64,000 nt of DNA, taken from Clostridia bacterium (GTDB lineage: Bacteria; Bacillota; Clostridia; UBA1212; DUPL01). Under the pieces are notes generated by a model that was not told the DNA's origin, ran no database searches, and worked only from the letters and a program-made list of their open reading frames with translations. The stretch spans positions 160,001 to 224,000 of the forward strand of contig JBMNIW010000005.1 in the NCBI GenBank assembly GCA_050951325.1, given 5' to 3'. Positions 1-9,781 of the stretch are shown here, one piece after another (position 1 is the first letter of the stretch; the number at the start of each line of letters is the position of its first letter). The translations under genes were made by a program, and so were the position numbers.

Positions 1-29
1 TTGATTTTCATTTTTTGTTATGGTAGAAT
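1..29 (+). promoter_or_regulatory. sigma-A-type promoter for tRNA-Asn
   Basis: TTGATT (1-6), 17-bp spacer, TGn-extended TAGAAT (24-29) just upstream of the tRNA. Confidence 0.6.
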
Positions 30-47
30 TTTATTAACTAGGGATAA

Positions 48-123
48 TCCTCAATAGCTCAGTTGGTAGAGCATGCGGCTGTTAACCGCAGGGTCGTTGG
101 TTCGAGTCCAACTTGAGGAGCCA
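48..123 (+). tRNA. tRNA-Asn(GTT)
   Basis: TCCTCAA/TTGAGGA acceptor stem, anticodon arm TGCGG-CT-GTT-AA-CCGCA, GGTTCGAGTCC T-loop, encoded CCA. Confidence 0.97.
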
Positions 124-128
124 GATTC

Positions 129-161
129 GAGGCTGCATTGATTAATGTATGCCTCTTTTTT
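129..161 (+). terminator. intrinsic terminator after tRNA-Asn
   Basis: GAGGC...GCCTC stem followed by a T run. Confidence 0.6.
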
Positions 162-245
162 CTTTGAGATATCCAATTTTGTCAGGTTGTATCTTTTTTA
201 AAAAAGCTATATAATATCCATGGAAAAAATAAATTTGGTGATCTG

Positions 246-1319
246 ATGATTAATGAAAGATTAATGCAATTGAATTTGCCCAAGCTGTTTAAGTTTGATG
301 ATGGCAGTACTGTTGAAAATGTGAATGACTGGGAGAGAAGAAGAGATGAGATAATAGATGTAATTCTGAAAGAAGAGTATGGAACGATCCCTCCTCGGCC
401 TGATAATGTATTTGTAAAGGACATGAGGAGAGTACATAATGATTTTGCTGGAAAAGGAGAGCATTTGATTTACGATTTATGTTTTATGACAGAAAGAGGC
501 GAGTTTTCTTTTCCTGTAAATGTTGTAAAGCCAAAAGGCAATAAAAAGAATCCAGCCGTTGTACATATTGCATTTAGGCCTGACATACCTGATAAATACT
601 ATCCAGCAGAGGAAGTGTTGGATTTGGGTTTAACAGTGTTTACTTTCTGCTATCAGGATGTTACAACTGATGATGACTTTGAAAGTGGACTTGCAGCTAT
701 GTATGACAGAAACAAATGGACATGGGGTAAAATTGGAATGTGGGCTTTTGCCGCAATGAGGGTTTGTGATTTGTTGTGTACATTTGATTATGTGGACAGT
801 AACAATATTGCCGTTATGGGACATTCAAGACTAGGCAAAACCGCTTTGCTTGCAGGAGCTCTGGACGAGCGTTTCAAATATGTCATTTCAAATAATTCAG
901 GCTGTTCCGGTGCAGCCATATCCAGAGGCAAAGAGGGAGAGAGAATAAAGGATATTTGCAACCGGTTTGGCTATTGGTTCTGTGAAAACTACAAAAAATA
1001 CATGGACAATGAAGAAAAAATGCCTTTTGATCAACATTTTCTATTGTCCTTGATTTGTCCAAGATATTTGTATGTTTCCAGTGCAATAGAGGATAAATGG
1101 GCGGATCCCTTTAATGAATTCATTACTCTTAAAGAGGTTGACAAAGTATATTGTTTGCATGGGATAGATGGTTTTGCAAGTGAAGACAGTTTTCCCAGAC
1201 CTGGTGATGTATTTTCTGAAGGCAGAGTGGGTTATCATTTAAGAGAGGGAACCCATTATGTCAGTAGATATGATTGGTTAAGGTTTGCAGAATTTATAAA
1301 AAAAGGTGATAGAATATGA
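246..1319 (+). CDS. CE15-like (glucuronoyl esterase family) alpha/beta hydrolase
   Basis: GHSRLGK nucleophile elbow, SGCSGAA, DQH and WAD motifs, C-terminal His (GTH); no signal peptide. Confidence 0.75.
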   Translation: MINERLMQLNLPKLFKFDDGSTVENVNDWERRRDEIIDVILKEEYGTIPPRPDNVFVKDMRRVHNDFAGKGEHLIYDLCFMTERGEFSFPVNVVKPKGNKKNPAVVHIAFRPDIPDKYYPAEEVLDLGLTVFTFCYQDVTTDDDFESGLAAMYDRNKWTWGKIGMWAFAAMRVCDLLCTFDYVDSNNIAVMGHSRLGKTALLAGALDERFKYVISNNSGCSGAAISRGKEGERIKDICNRFGYWFCENYKKYMDNEEKMPFDQHFLLSLICPRYLYVSSAIEDKWADPFNEFITLKEVDKVYCLHGIDGFASEDSFPRPGDVFSEGRVGYHLREGTHYVSRYDWLRFAEFIKKGDRI

Positions 1320-3904
1320 GAAAACGAGCATTGGTACTGGTTTTCCTGTTGGCTTATCTGTTTGCAATAACTTTTGGAGATACATATGCAAATCAGGAAA
1401 ATGAAAAGCAAAGATGGTATGAGATTAAAGAGATTGATTATGAATTTGACTTCGAGGAAAAGAAACTAAGCTTTTATCTTACTCATGAAGCTCTGATTAT
1501 TGAAGATAGAGCAAATATGGAGATAAAAGACGGAAGGTTGTATGCCAAAGGCGGAAAAAGCTTCAGGTTTGGAAGCAGTGTGTGTTTGGGTGACAGCTAC
1601 GGTCTTGAAGACGGTTTTCTTGAGTTTGACATGCTGCAAAAAGACAACAAAGGAGAACTTGTGCTTGGCATAAGGCTGCAGAGAGTTTCTGCAACTGAAG
1701 ACAAACCCGGTATATGGCTTTCATTCAAAGCAGGAAAGCTTGTTATTGATGAGAACGAAAGCGGTATAACTGCAAGCATTGATATTCCTGTTGAGACAAA
1801 CAAAGTTCATAAATACAAGATAAATGACAACAGAAATGAAATTGAAATACTTATTGACGACAATGTTGTAGCAAAGATTCTTTATGATGCAAAAGGCTAT
1901 CTTGCATTTACAGACAAGTCAGACAATGTAATTGACTCAACGGAGGAATCCAAGATTTATCCTACCGGCTACTTTAACATAATACCAAGGGATTTTTACG
2001 GATATTTGGACAATCTAAAGTTCAGACATGTGGAAGTGGATGAAACTTTGCCTGAAGGCCCAATGAGGGATGTGGACTATTCATACTGGGTGGCATCCGA
2101 TGATCTTGGCAGGACAACTCCTGCATATGATAAAGTTGGAGAAATAAAAGAGGACAAATATGTGGGAATCTTTTATTTCATCTGTGTTACAGGTGCGGGC
2201 CTTAAAGTGCAGGATAATACCAAAATTTATTTGGAGAGAGGAATCGATGGACTTAAACAGTACCTGGAAACTCAAGGTGGAGAAGGATACTGGGCAGAAC
2301 CATATTTCGGCTATTACAGAAACACGGATGCATGGGTGTATAGAAAACATGCATACATGCTGTCTGCTGCAGGAATTGACTTTATCTTCATTGACATCTC
2401 CAACGAGCCCACTTTTAATGAAGCTCATACACTGTTGTTTGATACCTGGCTTCAGATGAGGAAGGAAGGATTCAAGACTCCACAAATCATGTTTTTGACT
2501 GGAGATGCGGAAGGAAGACTTGGTTCCCATCTGAGACAGCTTCGCAGAACTGTCTACAGTGACGAGAATTGGGATAAATATGAAGAGCTTTTCTTCAAAT
2601 GGGAAGGCAAGCCTCTCATTTTTGGAAATCCAAATGGTTTGACTGAAGACATGCAGAAGTTGATCAATGAAAAGTTTACGCTGAGAGGCAGCTGGGCATG
2701 GAAGGATGTGGATGGATACTGGAACTGGATTATGGAGTATCCACAGGCAAAAGGAAGAAGCTTTGAAGGAGTATTTGAGCAGATGGCAGTTACAATGGGT
2801 CATCATCCTTCAGCCAGCAAGGGAAGAAGCTTTGTAAGCGGCAAACAGCCAAACAACGGCAAGGAGGACTTTGAGTTTTCATCAGATACCGCACGGTATG
2901 GTTTGTCCTTTAAGCAACAGTTTGAGTATGCATTGGAAATGGATCCCCAGGTAATCATGATAACCGGGTGGAATGAATGGATTGCGGGCAAGCCAACAGG
3001 AGATGAATTAAACTATTTTGCAAACACTCCTGTTAATGGCTATACATATGTGGATCAGTTCAATCCAGAGTTCTCAAGGGACGGAGAACCTATGAAGATA
3101 CGTGATGGTGTTGGCTTTGGAGACAACTTCTACTATCAAATGGTAGGATATATAAGGAAGTTCAAGGGACTGAACGAAATAGAAAAAGCTAAAAATCAGA
3201 AAACAATAAATATTAATGGGGGCATGTCCCAGTGGGATGATATTGGTCCTGAGTTCAGGGATACAATAGGGGATACGAAGTTCAGAAACGAGCCTTCGTA
3301 CGATCTTGATTTCAGGTATATTAACAATACTGGAAGAAACGACTTTGATTACGCTAAAGTATCCCAGGACAATGAAAACATATACTTCATGGTAAAGACA
3401 GTGAACGACATTGTTCATGCTGACGGTCCTAACTGGATGAACCTGTTTATTGACCTTGATCAAAGCCATAAAAGTGGCTGGGAAGGTTATGATTACATAA
3501 TCAACAGGACCGGAAATAACGGCAAATGCACAATTGAAAGATTCAAAAACAATAGCTGGGATTTTGAAAAGGTTGGGGAAGCAAGATATACTGTAAATGG
3601 CCAATATATGATGGTAAGTGTTCCAAAGAAAGCATTGGGTATAAGCGACAAGGCCGTTTCCTTTGATTTCAAATGGGCTGACAACTCCACAACATCTGGA
3701 GATGTAATGCAATTTATGGATCTTGGAGATGCTGCTCCAAATGATCGCTTCAAGTTTAGATATATTGCTTCAACCTCCATCTTTGACAACCTAATAAACA
3801 CCATTTTAATTATTGGTGGTGCAGTGGTATTACTGGTTGTTGTTAGTGTTATAGTTTTTGTCTTGCTTAGAAGAAGAAAGAAAAGAAGCATGCAGTTTAT
3901 GTAA
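1316..3904 (+). CDS. secreted, C-terminally membrane-anchored glycoside hydrolase-like protein (GH99/GH71-like barrel) with N-terminal beta-rich domain; paralog A
   Basis: signal peptide; WAEPYFGYY, RKHAYML, ITGWNEW, DQFNPEFSRD motifs; C-terminal TM helix plus RRRKKR; ATGA overlap with the upstream esterase. Confidence 0.7.
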   Translation: MRKRALVLVFLLAYLFAITFGDTYANQENEKQRWYEIKEIDYEFDFEEKKLSFYLTHEALIIEDRANMEIKDGRLYAKGGKSFRFGSSVCLGDSYGLEDGFLEFDMLQKDNKGELVLGIRLQRVSATEDKPGIWLSFKAGKLVIDENESGITASIDIPVETNKVHKYKINDNRNEIEILIDDNVVAKILYDAKGYLAFTDKSDNVIDSTEESKIYPTGYFNIIPRDFYGYLDNLKFRHVEVDETLPEGPMRDVDYSYWVASDDLGRTTPAYDKVGEIKEDKYVGIFYFICVTGAGLKVQDNTKIYLERGIDGLKQYLETQGGEGYWAEPYFGYYRNTDAWVYRKHAYMLSAAGIDFIFIDISNEPTFNEAHTLLFDTWLQMRKEGFKTPQIMFLTGDAEGRLGSHLRQLRRTVYSDENWDKYEELFFKWEGKPLIFGNPNGLTEDMQKLINEKFTLRGSWAWKDVDGYWNWIMEYPQAKGRSFEGVFEQMAVTMGHHPSASKGRSFVSGKQPNNGKEDFEFSSDTARYGLSFKQQFEYALEMDPQVIMITGWNEWIAGKPTGDELNYFANTPVNGYTYVDQFNPEFSRDGEPMKIRDGVGFGDNFYYQMVGYIRKFKGLNEIEKAKNQKTININGGMSQWDDIGPEFRDTIGDTKFRNEPSYDLDFRYINNTGRNDFDYAKVSQDNENIYFMVKTVNDIVHADGPNWMNLFIDLDQSHKSGWEGYDYIINRTGNNGKCTIERFKNNSWDFEKVGEARYTVNGQYMMVSVPKKALGISDKAVSFDFKWADNSTTSGDVMQFMDLGDAAPNDRFKFRYIASTSIFDNLINTILIIGGAVVLLVVVSVIVFVLLRRRKKRSMQFM

Positions 3905-3911
3905 AGGGGCT

Positions 3912-3952
3912 GTCGCATTAGTCGGTTTTCAGACTGATGCGACGCTTTTTTT
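3912..3952 (+). terminator. intrinsic terminator
   Basis: GTCGCATTAGTC/GACTGATGCGAC stem plus T7. Confidence 0.75.
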
Positions 3953-4096
3953 GTTATTAGCTGTAAGTATATTCTGAATTGCAGGTGGTCAAAGAAGTGT
4001 TAGAAAGGTTTTGCTCCTTATAGTACTTGCCAAAACCTTTATTTAAATCAATGGCGTTTGCCTTCTAGATGATGGAATGATGGGGTATTATTGCTT

Positions 4097-4534
4097 TTAA
4101 CAATTCCATTTAAATATTACGATACCGATTATTGCGAGTATCAGCCCAATTATTTTCCTGATAGAGAAGGATACTTTTTCTGTTCCGAACATTCCAAACA
4201 ATTCTATTAAATACGCTGTTAAAAGTTGTGATATCACAATTATCATAACAGCCTTTGCAGGTCCAAGCTTGTCTACTGCCTTTATGACAGTATAAGTTAT
4301 GAATGCACCTATAATTCCGCCAAGAAGAATGTATCTTGGCTGCACATGGAAAAGCTTTTTAAAGCTGTTATTTCTATCTGAGATGAACCAGACACATAGG
4401 CTGGTTATAAGCGCTGAAAGCTGTACAAAGCTTACTGAAACCCATATGCTGGTTTCATTTGTAAGTTCAGTATTGAAAACTCCTTGTATACTCATTAATG
4501 CGCCTGACAAAATGGCAATAAGAATACAAATCAT
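4097..4534 (-). CDS. DMT family (YdcZ-like) small membrane transporter
   Basis: ~145 aa hydrophobic protein with QGVFN and GGIIGA motifs; start placed at the ATG rather than the upstream TTG. Confidence 0.8.
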   Translation of the reverse strand: MICILIAILSGALMSIQGVFNTELTNETSIWVSVSFVQLSALITSLCVWFISDRNNSFKKLFHVQPRYILLGGIIGAFITYTVIKAVDKLGPAKAVMIIVISQLLTAYLIELFGMFGTEKVSFSIRKIIGLILAIIGIVIFKWNC

Positions 4535-4696
4535 AGCGTCACCCAATTTTATTGATATACTCTATTTTGCTGCATACATCAGATAGATATGCAGCTAATA
4601 TTTTCATAATTATCAACTAAACTTGATAATTATTCTACAAAGTGATAAAATACCTAAATGTAGGGAATTTTATTAATTAAAAAGGAGAGAGGATAA

Positions 4697-5632
4697 ATGC
4701 CATTAGTAACAACGAAAGAAATGTTTGAAAATGCCTATAAAGGCGGATACGCAATAGGTGCTTTCAACGTAAACAACATGGAGATTATACAAGGAATTAC
4801 CGAGGCTGCAAAGGAAGTTAATGCTCCCTTAATCCTTCAGGTATCTGCTGGTGCAAGAAAGTATGCAAACCACACATATCTTATGAAATTGGTAGAAGCA
4901 GCTGTAATAGAGACTGGCTTGCCAATCGCTTTGCACCTTGACCATGGTGACAGCTTTGAATTGTGCAAATCCTGTATAGATGGCGGCTTTACATCTGTTA
5001 TGATAGACGGTTCACATCTGCCCTTTGAGGAAAACATAGCTCTTACAAAGAAAGTTGTAGAGTATGCCCATGAAAGGGGAGTTGTTGTAGAAGGCGAACT
5101 GGGAAGACTGGCTGGTATAGAAGACGCTGTTAATGTAAGTGAAGAGGATGCAATGTACACAAATCCTGATGAAGTTCAGGAGTTTGTTGAGAAAACAGGT
5201 GTTGACTCCCTCGCAATTGCAATTGGAACAAGCCATGGCGCATACAAATTCAAACCTGGTCAGAAGCCACAGCTAAGATTTGACATTCTTGAAGAAATTC
5301 AAAACAGACTGCCCGGTTTCCCAATCGTTCTGCATGGCGCATCTTCTGTTGTACCTGAGTTTGTAGAAATGATTAACAAGTATGGTGGAAACATGCCTGA
5401 TGCTATCGGTATTCCAGAAGATATGCTTCGCAAGGCGGCTTCCATGGCAGTTTGCAAGATTAACATTGACTCTGACTTGAGACTTGCCATGACAGCATCC
5501 ATTAGAAAGTATATGACTGAGAATCCATCACACTTCGACCCAAGACAGTATTTGAAACCAGCAAGAGCTGCAATAAAGGAACTTGTAAAGCATAAGATAG
5601 TAAACGTATTGGGTTGCGACGGAAAAGCTTAA
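4697..5632 (+). CDS. fba: class II fructose-1,6-bisphosphate aldolase
   Basis: HLDHG, GTSHG, VLHGAS, KINIDSD motifs; strong RBS. Confidence 0.95.
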   Translation: MPLVTTKEMFENAYKGGYAIGAFNVNNMEIIQGITEAAKEVNAPLILQVSAGARKYANHTYLMKLVEAAVIETGLPIALHLDHGDSFELCKSCIDGGFTSVMIDGSHLPFEENIALTKKVVEYAHERGVVVEGELGRLAGIEDAVNVSEEDAMYTNPDEVQEFVEKTGVDSLAIAIGTSHGAYKFKPGQKPQLRFDILEEIQNRLPGFPIVLHGASSVVPEFVEMINKYGGNMPDAIGIPEDMLRKAASMAVCKINIDSDLRLAMTASIRKYMTENPSHFDPRQYLKPARAAIKELVKHKIVNVLGCDGKA

Positions 5633-5659
5633 GTATAGTTTATGAAGGAGAGAAGTTAA

Positions 5660-6892
5660 ATGAGTGTATTGAAAGGCGCTGCAATATTCGGTCAATCAGG
5701 CGGACCAACATCAGTTATTAATGCAAGTGCTGCAGGTGTATTTTTGACTGCACTTCAGCAAGATTGCATTACTAAGGTTTATGGAGCCGCCCACGGTATA
5801 AAAGGCATTTTGGAGGAACAATTTTATGATATGGGAATGGAAGACAAGTATGAGTTGGAACTCTTGAAGACAACTCCATCTTCCGCTCTTGGCTCAGTAA
5901 GATACAAACTGGCTGATCCAGATGTTGATGATACGGATTTCAAGCGACTTCTTGAAGTATTTAAGAAATATAACATTAGGTACTTCTTCTATAACGGTGG
6001 AAATGACTCCATGGATACCTGCAACAAGGTTAGCAAGTTCATGAAGCAGGCAGGATACGAGTGCAGATGCATGGGAGTTCCCAAGACCATAGATAACGAC
6101 CTGTTTGGTACAGACCACAGCCCCGGCTATGGAAGTGCAGCCAAGTATGTTGCTACTTCTACCATGGAAGTATTCCATGATGCTAGAGTCTATGATACAG
6201 GCATGGTTGCAATTCTTGAAGTCATGGGAAGAAATGCAGGTTGGTTGACAGCAGCTACTGCACTTGCAGCATACAAGGGACAAGGACCTGATTTGATCTA
6301 TGTGCCTGAACTTCCATTTGATGATGAAAAATTCCTTTCTGATGTTAAGAGAGTATATGAGAATAATAACAAGGTCATAGTTGCAGTATCAGAAGGATTA
6401 AGATATGCAGATGGAACCTATGTGGCAGACAGCGGTGTTAGAGACAGCTTTGGACATGCGCAATTGGGTGGAGTAGCTTACAAGCTTGCTGACATGGCAA
6501 AGAACGCTCTGGGAACAAAGGTTAGAGCAATTGAATTCAGCCTGCTCCAGAGATGTGCTGCTCACTGGGCTTCAAAAGCAGACGTTGAAGAAGCCTTTAT
6601 GGCAGGGCAAACGGCAGTTCTCAAGGCTGTGGAAGGTTTGACCGACTACTGCATAGGCTTTGAAAGGGAAGCTGGAGAAGAGTACAAATGTGTGCCCAAA
6701 CTCATAAAGCTTTCCGATATAGCCAATACTGAGAGAAAGCTTCCAAGAGAGTGGATAAATGAAGAAGGCAACTTCGTAACTAAAGAGTTTGTAGATTACG
6801 CATTGCCTTTGATTCAGGGTGAATCATCTCCACCAATAGAGAACGGTTTGCCTAGATTTGCAAAACTCAAAAAAGTTCTTGCAACTAAGTAA
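5660..6892 (+). CDS. pfp: 6-phosphofructokinase, probably PPi-dependent
   Basis: QSGGP, GGNDS, PKTIDND, MGR motifs; Asp in GGND and Lys in PKTIDND are PPi-type signatures. Confidence 0.85.
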   Translation: MSVLKGAAIFGQSGGPTSVINASAAGVFLTALQQDCITKVYGAAHGIKGILEEQFYDMGMEDKYELELLKTTPSSALGSVRYKLADPDVDDTDFKRLLEVFKKYNIRYFFYNGGNDSMDTCNKVSKFMKQAGYECRCMGVPKTIDNDLFGTDHSPGYGSAAKYVATSTMEVFHDARVYDTGMVAILEVMGRNAGWLTAATALAAYKGQGPDLIYVPELPFDDEKFLSDVKRVYENNNKVIVAVSEGLRYADGTYVADSGVRDSFGHAQLGGVAYKLADMAKNALGTKVRAIEFSLLQRCAAHWASKADVEEAFMAGQTAVLKAVEGLTDYCIGFEREAGEEYKCVPKLIKLSDIANTERKLPREWINEEGNFVTKEFVDYALPLIQGESSPPIENGLPRFAKLKKVLATK

Positions 6893-6893
6893 A

Positions 6894-6930
6894 AAAGAAA
6901 GAAAGCAGTGAAAAATCTGCTTTCTTTTTT
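6894..6930. terminator. bidirectional terminator between pfk and the PBP homolog
   Basis: AAAGAAAGCAG/CTGCTTTCTTT stem with A and T tails. Confidence 0.7.
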
Positions 6931-8176
6931 ATTTGCTCGAAATTTTAGCAACCAATTTAAGTAGTAAGATAATTGCTTCAAGGATTAAAAGTGCGATTAG
7001 AAGAGTATATAATTCATCGTATTCCCGAATTTTATCCAATAACGATTTGACTGTAGTCTTTTTTAGCTCTATATCTCTGTCAGCTTTCATTGAGAAACGT
7101 ATAATCGAGCCATCTTTCAAATGATAGTTGGCAGTGCCTAAAATTGTACCTGCCGCAATTGGTGGCCTGATTTCATCAGGACCATAACCTTCGATGAATG
7201 TAAAGCTTTTGTTTTGAAGTACATTACCAATATCCTTCGGCATGATACAGTAAACATCGGATGCTGCGACAACATTAAGCTTCTCATCATCTACGACCAT
7301 ATCATAAATTATTTCGCCTTCTTTGACCAACTGGTCTCTTTTATAGTTGTTCAATACATTTTCCAATAATAATTCGGAAGTTTGTACATACTGCTCATCT
7401 GTCGAACCTGCTACTATAATTAATAGTTTCATGGTATCCTTAAATTCTGTAGGCCCGGTTTCCACATAAAATATGGATATGTTTTGAGCAGTCGTAATAT
7501 TGTTGAAATATCCTAGTACTCCGCCAACCTTATAACTTGTGTTGTTTTCAATAACCAGTTTGTTTCCATTTGAGATTACAAGATCATCCCATAGTGCCAA
7601 TTCCTGCATAAATATGCTCTTAAAGTGGGGATTTTTTAGGGAGTGTTTTATAAATATCGCCATATCCAACACGGTTGTATGCTGAAGTTCATTGGGAGAG
7701 CCGTCCACATTTGCAAAGAATGTATTCTTTAATCCAAGCTGTTTTGCTTTTTCATTCATCAGCCCTACAAATTCCTGCTCGCTTGCCGCTATATGCTCAG
7801 CAAGAGCTATTGCTGTATTGTCCGCTCCCCCAAGCATTGTTGCTTTGATAAGGGAGTCTATGGAATATTGTTCTTTCGCTGAAAGACGAAATCGTTCATT
7901 TCTCGATATTGAATCCTTCTTTGGTGTAATATGCGTTGTAACGGATTGATAATCCATTGTTATAAGACAGGTCATGAGCCTGTTTAGAATGGAAGAGTTG
8001 GTTTCCTTTTCTGAATTGAGTTTGTACAATATTTGCTCATGTTCTAGTTCCATGACAATATAATTCTGTGTGCCTTGCACAGGGCTTTGTGCAGTTACAT
8101 AGGGAAAACAAGTATTCAATATTGATAAAATGATAACAATTAATATTATTTTACAACTTGTCTTTAAACTCTTCAT
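6929..8176 (-). CDS. D-alanyl-D-alanine carboxypeptidase (peptidase S11) homolog, catalytic motifs degenerate
   Basis: ILYKLN..LMT, ALAEHI, FVGLMNEKAKQLGLKNTFFAN, TTVLDMA scaffold, PBP5-like C-domain, C-terminal TM; SxxK, SxN and KTG all substituted. Confidence 0.8.
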   Translation of the reverse strand: MKSLKTSCKIILIVIILSILNTCFPYVTAQSPVQGTQNYIVMELEHEQILYKLNSEKETNSSILNRLMTCLITMDYQSVTTHITPKKDSISRNERFRLSAKEQYSIDSLIKATMLGGADNTAIALAEHIAASEQEFVGLMNEKAKQLGLKNTFFANVDGSPNELQHTTVLDMAIFIKHSLKNPHFKSIFMQELALWDDLVISNGNKLVIENNTSYKVGGVLGYFNNITTAQNISIFYVETGPTEFKDTMKLLIIVAGSTDEQYVQTSELLLENVLNNYKRDQLVKEGEIIYDMVVDDEKLNVVAASDVYCIMPKDIGNVLQNKSFTFIEGYGPDEIRPPIAAGTILGTANYHLKDGSIIRFSMKADRDIELKKTTVKSLLDKIREYDELYTLLIALLILEAIILLLKLVAKISSK

Positions 8177-8362
8177 AATACCCGCCTATGTATTTTGATA
8201 GGGAATTCATATTGCAATAGTGTTAAATTTCACCATATTCCCATATATTATAACCTGTTATTTTGTGTTCATCAAGTAAAAAGCATGTAAAATCTGTTAA
8301 ACTTGCTTAAATCATGAAAAAACGGGCATAAGTAAACAAATGCCCGTTGTATTCACACTAAT

Positions 8363-9424
8363 TTATACTTCCTGTGTCCAACCCATGTTGTCTGGAAGTC
8401 TTCCAGTCTGGATGCCGGTAATGCTGTCATAAAGCTTTTGTGACATCTCTCCAATATTACCGCCATTGATAATTAGTTTTTCGCCATGGTAGTTGAGTTC
8501 GCCAACGGGGGAGATAACTGCTGCAGTACCTGTGCCGAATATTTCCTCAAGCTTGCCATTTTTGTGAGCATCAATAACTTCATGTATTGCGATCTGTCTT
8601 TCGACTACAGTTACATTCCAGGATTTGAGAAGCTGTATAACGGAATCTCTTGTAACACCTGCAAGTATGCTTCCGTTCAATGCAGGAGTTACAACCTCAC
8701 CGTCGATTTTGAAAAATACATTCATTGTACCGACTTCTTCTACGTATTTCATCTCAATACCATCAAGCCATAAAACCTGAGTATAACCAAGATTTGCAGC
8801 CTTTTCCTGGGCTTTTATGCTTGCAGCATAGTTGCCAAGGGTTTTTGCAAAACCGATACCGCCTCTGACTGCGCGAACGTATTCGTCTTCTACGTATATC
8901 TTGACGGGATCCAAGCCTTCTGGATAATATGGACCTACTGGGGATAAAATGACTATGAACATGTAAGTAGAGGAGGGTTTGACACCTATATATGGATCTG
9001 TTGAGATGATAAAAGGTCTGATGTAGAGTGAGGTGTCTTTTGCATCAGGAATCCAGTCTTTTTCTAGTTTTATGAGTTCCTTGATAGCCTTGAGTGCAAA
9101 CTCTTCGTCAATTGGTGGAATGCACAATCTGTCATTTGATATGTTGGCTCTTTCAAGGTTTTTCTCGGGACGGAAAAGAAGGACTCTGTTATCATCTGTT
9201 TTATACGCTTTCAAACCTTCGAATATACCTTGCCCATAGTGAAAAATCATTGTGGAAGGATCGAGTGAAAGAGGTCCGTATGGAACTATTCTGGGGTTAT
9301 GCCAGCCTTTTCCTTTTTCATAGTCCATTATAAACATGTGGTCTGTAAAATATCTGCCGAAACCCAGCTTGTTTACATCTGGTTTTTCTTTTGGCTGTGT
9401 GGTTTTAGTTATAGATATATTCAT
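8363..9424 (-). CDS. ilvE: branched-chain amino acid aminotransferase
   Basis: FTDHM, HYGQGIFEGLKAY, YIRP, AKTLGNYA, EEVGTMN, GTAAVISP. Confidence 0.95.
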   Translation of the reverse strand: MNISITKTTQPKEKPDVNKLGFGRYFTDHMFIMDYEKGKGWHNPRIVPYGPLSLDPSTMIFHYGQGIFEGLKAYKTDDNRVLLFRPEKNLERANISNDRLCIPPIDEEFALKAIKELIKLEKDWIPDAKDTSLYIRPFIISTDPYIGVKPSSTYMFIVILSPVGPYYPEGLDPVKIYVEDEYVRAVRGGIGFAKTLGNYAASIKAQEKAANLGYTQVLWLDGIEMKYVEEVGTMNVFFKIDGEVVTPALNGSILAGVTRDSVIQLLKSWNVTVVERQIAIHEVIDAHKNGKLEEIFGTGTAAVISPVGELNYHGEKLIINGGNIGEMSQKLYDSITGIQTGRLPDNMGWTQEV

Positions 9425-9600
9425 TGTATAACCTCCGTGAAAATAGTTTATATATATTTATCATTACTAGTTTATCACGTTTAAGTAATAAAGTAAATCT
9501 GTTATTCCAAAAAAAGGGATTAAAATTTACACAAAATTTATTTTAAAATCCTATTGCTTTTTTTATTTGATATGTTATAATATACTTCGTTGAAAAAATT

Positions 9601-9687
9601 GCTGGTGTGATGGAACTGGCAGACGTGCTGGACTCAAAATCCAGTGGTGGCGACACCGTACCGGTTCGACTCCGGTCACCAGCACCA
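9601..9687 (+). tRNA. tRNA-Leu(CAA)
   Basis: GCTGGTG/CACCAGC acceptor stem, CTGGA-CT-CAA-AA-TCCAG, long variable arm, CCA. Confidence 0.96.
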
Positions 9688-9781
9688 TAAAACCGAACTT
9701 TTTCAGTAGGAAAGAGTTCGGTTTTATTTATGTAATTTGTGGTATAATAGTATAAACAGAGCATAATAGAAGGATGATAGG

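Noticed and set aside
2081-3918. Long antisense ORFs (2081-2806, 3074-3712; similarly 17248-17835, 42752-43399, 44202-44813, 55694-56335)
   Set aside because: They lie opposite well-supported genes, with no RBS or recognisable motifs; this is a codon-bias artefact.
3955-4095. Inverted repeat AAAGGTTTTG/CAAAACCTTT as a possible ncRNA or MITE
   Set aside because: It is short and lies between convergent genes; a terminator-like element or chance explains it, and no other copy was seen.
9425-9600. T-box or riboswitch upstream of ilvE
   Set aside because: The region is short, AT-rich and shared with the tRNA promoter; no T-box consensus was found.
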